The notes under the pieces were generated by a model, which saw only the letters and a program-made list of their open reading frames with translations, was not told where the DNA came from and ran no database searches. Of a stretch of 32,000 nucleotides of DNA, positions 26,300-32,000 are shown in pieces. The translations under genes and the position numbers were made by a program. The DNA is taken from assembly GCF_000341395.1 (NCBI RefSeq), contig NC_020304.1, positions 1,350,001 to 1,382,000 of the forward strand. The letters run 5' to 3'. This stretch comes from Desulfocapsa sulfexigens DSM 10523 (GTDB taxonomy: Bacteria; Desulfobacterota; Desulfobulbia; Desulfobulbales; Desulfocapsaceae). How positions within the stretch are numbered: position 1 is the first letter of the stretch; each line of letters opens with the position of its first letter.

Positions 26300-27735
26300 C
26301 TGCTGAAAATTATTCTGGGTATGTGTACGCATTTTCTGCTAGAGTCCTGCTCCAGCCAACTGATTTCTTCCTGCCGCTCCTCATCAAACACCGCCCCTCT
26401 GTCAGCAGCAATTGCAAAATAGGTGACCAGCTCAGCAAGCCCCTTTTCCACAGGGTATACCTTGGTAACCTCATGGAGTGAAACCTGCTCGTTCTGCTGC
26501 AAAAGTTGATTGACCTGACTCTCCAATTTTAATCGGTCCACCACAAATTGTTCAAACAGCACATCAGCATTCATGTCTGAAATATCTGCATCGACCACAT
26601 CTGCGGCTATTACCGGCTTTACCGGAGGTGAAAACAAGGGTCTTTCAAACGGCAGGGCAATTGTGGCGGCAGCCTCATCCACCTCCATAAAAAATCCCGC
26701 AGGCATGTTGTCTCGTACTTCTATGGCAGTGGCTTGTATCTTCTGCAAGATATCAATAATGCGTTTATTTTCAAGATAGGCTTTGTCATCAAGGTAACGA
26801 CGCAACTGATGGGACAACTTTGCTACTGTCCTCTGGGTATGGTTACTGGCCTCAAGCCAATCATAATGGATCCGTTTGAGGCGGGGATCTATTTTTAATT
26901 CTTTAACCGCTTCAAACCCCAGAACCTTTGTCAGCATTTCAGTCAGTTCTGCCTGTCTGCTGAGTGACATGAGGAAATTCCAAAAGGCCTGGAAGCTTCT
27001 TCCCTGGTCCGAACTCGATATGGCATCCCGCTCGCTGAGAATCTCCTCCAATAATTCACCTTTCCGGCCATCCCAGAGAGCAATCCTTTCTCGCACTTCT
27101 TTATCCAGCTGGCGAAAATTATTCTCAACTTCACGGAAGTCCCGCAATAAATCCCTGGCTGTACTTTCCACCTGTTGAATGCGATCTCTCAAAGCAGTAT
27201 TGCTCATACGGCTGACATCGCCATTTCGGATGTTGTCTATCTCCGCATCTATTTCACGTTTCTTTTTCTGCAACTCGACAATTCGTTTTTCGGGATCAAC
27301 CTCAGTCCCCTCAATCATTTGCCGCAAAAGTTCAAACACCATCATAAGCCTGGACTCGGTACCGACAAACTTCCTGCTCGTTAAGCTCTCCAACCAGCCA
27401 ATGACCTTTTCCGTTGCCGAGGTGATATCAAAGGAGGGTTCATCTGACCCCGCTGGATAAAACTTTCTCAACCAGCCTTTATCGTTTTGAGCCCATTCTT
27501 CAAGGTAATCAGCGGCAGAGCGAGGATATTTTTCTTCACCTTCAACCTCTCTGAGAAAAAAAAGCTCATCCTCAAGTTTTGAGATAAGTTCAATCTGGGA
27601 TATGTTGCGAACATTCTCGCTGATATAGACACGATAGAGGAAACTCACGATCAAAGGTGCAAGGGCAGCATCAAGGAGTCGCCAGGCGGGATGCACCTTC
27701 TTTAAAGAGGAAAGAGTTTCGTAATCAAGATTCAT
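26296..27735 (-). CDS. jetA: Wadjet JetA (DUF3375, kleisin MukF/MksB-like)
   Basis: 479 aa. The N-terminal HPAWRLLDAALAPLIVSFLYRVY is characteristic of DUF3375 proteins. It is the first gene of the four-gene operon. Confidence 0.85.
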   Translation of the reverse strand: MNLDYETLSSLKKVHPAWRLLDAALAPLIVSFLYRVYISENVRNISQIELISKLEDELFFLREVEGEEKYPRSAADYLEEWAQNDKGWLRKFYPAGSDEPSFDITSATEKVIGWLESLTSRKFVGTESRLMMVFELLRQMIEGTEVDPEKRIVELQKKKREIDAEIDNIRNGDVSRMSNTALRDRIQQVESTARDLLRDFREVENNFRQLDKEVRERIALWDGRKGELLEEILSERDAISSSDQGRSFQAFWNFLMSLSRQAELTEMLTKVLGFEAVKELKIDPRLKRIHYDWLEASNHTQRTVAKLSHQLRRYLDDKAYLENKRIIDILQKIQATAIEVRDNMPAGFFMEVDEAAATIALPFERPLFSPPVKPVIAADVVDADISDMNADVLFEQFVVDRLKLESQVNQLLQQNEQVSLHEVTKVYPVEKGLAELVTYFAIAADRGAVFDEERQEEISWLEQDSSRKCVHIPRIIFSR

Positions 27736-28101
27736 TTATGTTCCAAGTTGTGGTTATAGACACCGTATTAATCGAGAGAATCGGATATATTGGCATCAAC
27801 CAGAGGCAGACCTCGGTTGCGTTAAAAGTCTACCTGTTTCCAATCAGCATTTCCAGGGACAGGGGAGATATCTTTACTTTCGTTATGGTTAAGCTGCCGG
27901 TAACACGTACTATCCAGCTAGAGCTAGGGCATGAAAGAGACCTTTTTAATGTCTGATTCAAATTTTGAAAACTTGCTGGATGCGCTATTACTTGGACAGC
28001 ATACGGGTGTAAGAAAAATTGCAAGTAACAGCTGAGCCCACTAAGGCAATCTGGAGGCGATCTCAGTGATATCTCAAAGAGGACTGTGTTTTTTCTTACT
28101 A

Positions 28102-28676
28102 TCAGACCTCCCCTTGGATATTTTTGTTATCTAAATCACTCGCTATCTCTTGGAATTGCAGCAAAGCGGCCTCAAGGTCTTCGACTATTTCGGCGGCGAT
28201 GATGCCTGGATCAGCGGGTGCGGGGTGAAATACTGGCCAGCGCCGGACTTGGTATCCTGGGCATTCTTTTCCAGCAAGCCCTCATAGGCATCGCCCTTGA
28301 CATCAGCGCTCATCACCGACCAGTTTTCCTTGCCGATCAGATCGACCAGCAGACGGCGCAGTTTGGCCGGGTCCTGAAACTTGTTCTGGGATTTGTTAAA
28401 GATCAGCCCCAGCAACCCTTTTTCCTTACCTAATTGATCCAGGAGATGGCGATAATGATCAAACAGCTCATCGCCATCCTTGCTGATCAAGCTCGGCCAG
28501 TCGTACCCTGCCGGCACACCACTCGGCTTATTATAAGGGGCCTTGGTCCGCTCATCCGACATCTTGAGAAACAGCAGATACGTCAACTGTTCGACGTAAT
28601 CACCATAGCTCATCCCGTCGTCCCGCAAGACGTTACAGTAGTTCCATAGTTTTTGTACGATATTGGCTGAGGTCAT
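28102..28676 (-). pseudogene. hsdM: Type I restriction-modification methyltransferase HsdM remnant with a large internal deletion and frameshift
   Basis: The N-terminal ~155 aa are intact HsdM_N (MTSANIVQKLWNYCNVLRDDGMSYGDYVEQLTYLLFLKMSDER ... GDAYEGLLEKNA...GQYFTPHPLI). Near nt 28209 the frame then runs into a stop at 28185. A different frame from ~28211 to 28102 reads PGIIAAEIVEDLEAALLQFQEIASDL, a typical HsdM extreme C-terminus. The catalytic middle (~1 kb) is missing, and no hsdS or hsdR follows. Confidence 0.8.
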
Positions 28677-28678
28677 AA

Positions 28679-29383
28679 TTATCCTAAAGCAACTATTTCT
28701 TGCATCCGTTCCATAATCATCGGCACCCTGGCCTGACTTGCTTCATCAGGTGGCATATTGCCGGGTAAGGCCTCCCGGAAGCTTTGATTGTCGATGAGTG
28801 TTTGAAATCTTTCTGCTAAATGTGCCTTCAAGGCATCAGGCGAGTTCCTTATTTCTTCTATCAACTCTGGTCTGCCATCCACAACAGCCACAATATCTTC
28901 CATATCGTGACTCATCATGTAATCCTCATTCCCTCGATTATCAAAGGCGGCAAATTTGCACGCCAGGAAATACGGAGCTGTGATCATCCTGATCTGGTTG
29001 CCCGATGGTATCTCCTGAGTAGTTGAATTATCCAGAGCTTCTTGGTACCAGGGACTACCAAATCCCAAAAGCGCCTGATCCGTCGGCATCACATCTAAAA
29101 TAACACTCTCAGATCTCCAGCGACAGATCGGTGCATCTTCTCCCGTATCTTCATTAAATCCTCTTTCCCGAAGCTGATCAGCAAATAGATAATACTCAGC
29201 CATACTTGCTACTTCAATAATCACATCGACATCAATAGTAGCGCGAATAGGTGGTGCAGCCGTATCGGTAAGCAATAAACCGGTTGCGCACCCACCCAGA
29301 AATACTAATCGTCCAAGCAGATCATCAAGCTGATGGGCAGCTAATTCAAGTATTTCAATATTGGGATTTACTATACGATGCAT
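28679..29383 (-). CDS. Putative nucleotidyltransferase, AbiEii-like (candidate toxin/effector)
   Basis: 234 aa. The N-terminal FLGGCATGLLLTDTAAPPIRATIDVDVII fits the GG...R.T.D.D minimal NTase pattern seen in AbiEii/DUF1814-type proteins. Its stop lies 2 nt before the hsdM ATG (TAATTATG). Confidence 0.55.
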   Translation of the reverse strand: MHRIVNPNIEILELAAHQLDDLLGRLVFLGGCATGLLLTDTAAPPIRATIDVDVIIEVASMAEYYLFADQLRERGFNEDTGEDAPICRWRSESVILDVMPTDQALLGFGSPWYQEALDNSTTQEIPSGNQIRMITAPYFLACKFAAFDNRGNEDYMMSHDMEDIVAVVDGRPELIEEIRNSPDALKAHLAERFQTLIDNQSFREALPGNMPPDEASQARVPMIMERMQEIVALG

Positions 29384-29903
29384 ATTTATCCAGTCTGTCT
29401 CTTAATTCATTAATGGCAATCTCACGCTCTCTGGCTCGACCTGCCCGAATAGCATCCACTAGAGCCAACAACTCGTAAAACTCAGGATCTTGCCGAGCAG
29501 CCTTTGGTGCCTTTTTATAAAGCGGCATTAAGGCCAGACCTCTGACTTCTCCTTCCGGATCCGGCCAAACCAGAGGAGGGTCTTGAGAAGACCATCTGGA
29601 AGCAATCATCTTATCTAACGGTGGTGCCGCATAGGCAGTTAAGAAGCCCCTCGTCATTTCACCAGGTTTTGCCCAAAAAACATATTTGAGACCATGGACC
29701 AGAAATTCTTCAAGATTACGATACTGGGGTGCAATCTGGTCATAATACTTGACTGCAAGCTGTGCCTCGAGGGCCCTCTTAACTGATGCGTGTACTTGAG
29801 AGGGGCTAACCCCCAATTCAACTGCCAAATCAGCGTACGACCATGGCCGCTCACCATTCACAACCAACTTTAGCAATACATATATATCTTGTGGTTTCAA
29901 CAT
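29355..29903 (-). CDS. Winged-HTH protein, AbiEi-like (candidate antitoxin/regulator)
   Basis: The track ORF starts at 29963. I prefer the ATG at 29903 (MLKPQDIYVLLKLVVNGERPWSYADLAVELGVSPSQVHASVKRALEAQL, a wHTH). It overlaps the NTase gene by 29 nt. Confidence 0.55.
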   Translation of the reverse strand: MLKPQDIYVLLKLVVNGERPWSYADLAVELGVSPSQVHASVKRALEAQLAVKYYDQIAPQYRNLEEFLVHGLKYVFWAKPGEMTRGFLTAYAAPPLDKMIASRWSSQDPPLVWPDPEGEVRGLALMPLYKKAPKAARQDPEFYELLALVDAIRAGRAREREIAINELRDRLDKYASYSKSQY

Positions 29904-29988
29904 AACGCCATTCCCTATTCTAGATTCCAGAATAAAGAATAGACTTATATTAAAAAAACTCAACCCCTTATTTAAAAGCCCTTTTAAA

Positions 29989-30016
29989 TCCGTTCATTCG
30001 ACATCTTGAGAAACAG
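29989..30016 (-). pseudogene. 28-nt scrap of a second hsdM copy at the truncation junction of the IS3 remnant
   Basis: 29989-30016 (TCCGTTCATTCGACATCTTGAGAAACAG) aligns with 28547-28574 inside the hsdM N-terminus at 26 of 28 positions. Of these, 18 consecutive positions are identical (29999-30016 = 28557-28574). It encodes LFLKMSNE versus LFLKMSDE. Confidence 0.6.
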
Positions 30017-30779
30017 TGTGTATTATAGACCCAAATCGGTCAGCGAAAAAGACCTGCTGCTGATGCGGCAAATTGATGAGCTTCATTTGGAGCATCCATT
30101 TATGGGAGCACGGATGCTCCGAGACCAATTGAACCGAGATGGTCTTTCAATTGGTCGCAAACATGTTGGAACCCTGATGAAGCGCATGGGAGTTGAGGCA
30201 TTATACAGGAAACCTGGCACAAGTAAAAAGCATCCAGGTCACAAAATCTATCCCTATCTGCTGCGAGGAAAGATTATCGACCAATCCAACCAGGTTTGGG
30301 CTCTGGATACGACATATATCCCAATGGCCAAGGGATTTGTCTATCTTACTGCTGTTGTTGACTGGGCAAGCCGGAAAGTATTGGCTGCTAAACTTGCAAT
30401 AACCCTTGAAGCTTGCCATGCAGTTGATGTACTCAAGGAAGCCTTTACCCATCATGGCACCCCAGAAATTGTCAACACTGACCAGGGGAGTCAGTTTACC
30501 GCAGAAGAGTTTGTCAAGGTAGTACAAGAGAGAGGCTGTAAGCTCAGTATGGATGGACGTGGGGCTTGGCGGGACAATGTATTCGTTGAAAGATTATGGA
30601 GATCAGTAAAATACGAACGGGTCTATTTGCATGCTTATGATACAGTTAAAGAAGCTCGGAGGTCTATCATGCAGTACTTTGACTGGTATAACCGCTCAAG
30701 ACCTCATTCCCAGTTAGGAAAAAGAACACCAGATGAGGCCTACAACATGATGCTACAGGCAGTTGAGAACGCAGCTTAA
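30006..30779 (+). CDS. IS3-family transposase OrfB (DDE/rve integrase core), 5'-truncated; no OrfA
   Basis: 257 aa: YYRPK...HPFMGARMLRDQL...GRKHVGTLMKRMG (HTH_21-like), then the rve core with WALDTTYI, VVDWASRKV, VNTDQGSQFT and NVFVERLWRSVKYE. The TTG 'start' lies inside the hsdM scrap, so it is not a real initiation site. Confidence 0.85.
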   Translation: MRNSVYYRPKSVSEKDLLLMRQIDELHLEHPFMGARMLRDQLNRDGLSIGRKHVGTLMKRMGVEALYRKPGTSKKHPGHKIYPYLLRGKIIDQSNQVWALDTTYIPMAKGFVYLTAVVDWASRKVLAAKLAITLEACHAVDVLKEAFTHHGTPEIVNTDQGSQFTAEEFVKVVQERGCKLSMDGRGAWRDNVFVERLWRSVKYERVYLHAYDTVKEARRSIMQYFDWYNRSRPHSQLGKRTPDEAYNMMLQAVENAA

Positions 30780-30822
30780 TCAAAGGCAGAGGCTCCACTT
30801 AAAAATGACAGAATACTGTTCA
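30017..30822 (+). mobile_element. IS3-family insertion-sequence remnant (left IR, orfA and frameshift region deleted)
   Basis: The left boundary is the junction with the hsdM scrap. The right end is proposed at ...GTTCA (30822), giving an outer end TGAACAGTATTCTGTCATTTTTAAGTGGAGCC with the TG...CA termini expected for IS3-family IRs. The right end could lie as far as 30847. Confidence 0.5.
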
Positions 30823-31540
30823 AACAAACTGAGCCACCTCTCTGGTCATACTCTATGGAAGTATCTACAATCCATGGATGAATGTTAATAGCATCTTTCT
30901 GATCCGAAAGTTTGAGCTTTGCTTGTAGATTAGCATCATTTACGATGGCCTGAGCCATTGCGTTTTCTTTCTGTCTGAGCTGCTGTGAAGCCTTTCTCAA
31001 CGTTGTGGTTCGATGGATCCAGGCATCCTGTTTAGTCTTTCTGATATATGTCGATTTTACCTCTAAGACTAGAAGATGATTATCCATATAGCAAAGGAGA
31101 TCTACTTCACCTGGATCTTTACCGTTTACCAGATCTGGCTGATAGGAATGAACCACAGCAAACCCTTTGCTTCTAAAAAGATCGCCTAAACGTGACTCGA
31201 TACGATCAGTCTCGCCTTTCCGACCTTTGCGTCGACAGCCAATTCTACGTAAATTATTGATGGCAGCGGTTGAGTTGTTCTGGGATGCCATCAACCATGG
31301 TAGCTGAAAACCATATTTCCCGAGTTTAATGATCGGATTTTCATTTAATTCAGGTGTTGGTGAGTTAGGTGATTTTTTTAAGAATATCGGAAAGTTCTTG
31401 AAGATCGTTAGTCCAGAAATCCAATATAGCCTCAGCCATCCTGATATCACCATCTGGATCCGAATCGGTAACCATCCATGACTTGATTCTCTGTGCTTTT
31501 TCCTTTGGTCCCGCCCATGTAAGAGGGAAACGATTCTCAC
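30776..31540 (-). CDS. C-terminal portion of a large frameshifted gene: PD-(D/E)xK-type nuclease-like domain
   Basis: GFAVVHSYQPDLVNGKDPGEVDLLCYMDNHLLVLEVKSTYIRK fits a D...(D/E)xK nuclease core (NERD/restriction-endonuclease-like). The frame is continuous with the upstream ORF if one A of the A7 tract (31373-31379) is removed. The last ~15 codons appear to be read from the IS3 end. Confidence 0.5.
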   Translation of the reverse strand: MRIVSLLHGRDQRKKHRESSHGWLPIRIQMVISGWLRLYWISGLTIFKNFPIFLKKSPNSPTPELNENPIIKLGKYGFQLPWLMASQNNSTAAINNLRRIGCRRKGRKGETDRIESRLGDLFRSKGFAVVHSYQPDLVNGKDPGEVDLLCYMDNHLLVLEVKSTYIRKTKQDAWIHRTTTLRKASQQLRQKENAMAQAIVNDANLQAKLKLSDQKDAINIHPWIVDTSIEYDQRGGSVCLNSILSFLSGASAFD

Positions 31541-32000
31541 CGGTTTTTAGGCCTTCTATCATAAGCTGAGAAAGAGCACTGAGCCAATGACCTGAGTCCT
31601 GCTGAAACTCTTGGAACCTTCCAATGTATGAAACATTAAAAAAAGCTGTCATGAGCTCAAGAGAGTGTATAGCCTTGAACAGGTCTACCTGCGTACCATC
31701 CGGTAATGAAATAACCGGATCCATACCGTATATCTCATCCAATTGAAGATACACCTGAATAGCCTTGATGTGCGCCAAGCGATTGGACATTTCATTTTCA
31801 GGCAATCCAGATGGTTGACTCGGCAAATCAGAATTGAAATATTGGATTACTGCCCTGTTGAACCAATAACGATGCAGTGCTGATAATTTTCTGCCATTGA
31901 AATCCCATTCTGACTCCTCAGGTATTTCAATAGGGTATAGCGTTAAATGCTCGCCATCAAATTTATAGCGGTAATCATCGTCCAGACAAAACTCAAAAAT
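31365..32000 (-). CDS. N-terminal/middle portion of the same large gene (unknown function), open to the window end
   Basis: I translated 31827-32000 by hand in the frame of track ORF 31365..31826. It is open (…IFEFCLDDDYRYKFDGEHLTLYPIEIPEESEWDFNGRKLSALHRYWFNRAVIQYFNSDLPSQPSG…), so the gene starts beyond nt 32000. Confidence 0.6.
   Translation of the reverse strand: MFEFCLDDDYRYKFDGEHLTLYPIEIPEESEWDFNGRKLSALHRYWFNRAVIQYFNSDLPSQPSGLPENEMSNRLAHIKAIQVYLQLDEIYGMDPVISLPDGTQVDLFKAIHSLELMTAFFNVSYIGRFQEFQQDSGHWLSALSQLMIEGLKTGENRFPLTWAGPKEKAQRIKSWMVTDSDPDGDIRMAEAILDFWTNDLQELSDILKKIT

Noticed and set aside
27736-28101. 366-bp gap upstream of jetA with small ORFs (27830..28024 minus; 27657..27956 plus); possible hsdS remnant or small RNA
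   Set aside because: Translations in all frames that I read show no HsdS-like or other recognisable sequence, no RBS and no repeats. It is probably the jetA promoter region plus degraded DNA.
1-32000. CRISPR arrays, tRNA/rRNA/tmRNA genes, and retron or integron attC-like structures
   Set aside because: Reading the intergenic regions (7077-7414, 8274-8545, 9134-9280, 14453-14684, 16236-16410, 18802-18937, 20901-21126, 27736-28101) showed no regularly spaced direct repeats. I also saw no cloverleaf-like or rRNA-like sequence. This was a by-eye scan, so small RNAs cannot be excluded.

Overview
Gene content suggests a chromosomal segment from an anaerobic, sulfur- or metal-respiring Desulfobacterota-like bacterium; this taxonomy is inference only. 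The window has three parts.

(1) nt 1-8300, all minus strand. A respiratory operon encodes a membrane-anchored ~12-haem cytochrome c, a Tat-exported 4Fe-4S subunit and a Tat-exported PsrA/PhsA/TtrA-like molybdopterin subunit that runs off the window start. A good sigma-54 promoter precedes it. Upstream lies its probable control module: a PhnD-like periplasmic binding protein, a HAMP histidine kinase and an NtrC-type sigma-54 activator. Two tandem Hsp20 genes follow.

(2) nt 8500-16300, an accessory-looking block. A small predicted tandem ribbon-helix-helix protein is followed by one 1,723-aa ORF that fuses a DEDD exonuclease, a RecQ helicase core and a UvrD/PcrA helicase. Next comes a conspicuously GC-rich single-gene cassette encoding a 516-aa polytopic membrane protein, bracketed by a perfect 29-bp inverted repeat.

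(3) nt 16400-32000. A TetR / ABC1(UbiB)-kinase / MMPL transporter operon is followed by a complete four-gene type I Wadjet system (jetABCD) with overlapping start and stop codons. Beyond it is a decayed defence region. It holds an intact AbiEi/AbiEii-like HTH + nucleotidyltransferase pair tightly coupled to an internally deleted hsdM. It also holds a 28-nt second hsdM scrap fused to a 5'-truncated IS3-family transposase, and a large PD-(D/E)xK-type gene interrupted at an A7 tract that runs off the window end.

I saw no rRNA, tRNA or CRISPR array. The best candidates for something undescribed are the RHH + exonuclease-RecQ-UvrD module and the IR-bounded GC-rich membrane-protein cassette. Wadjet is a known system.
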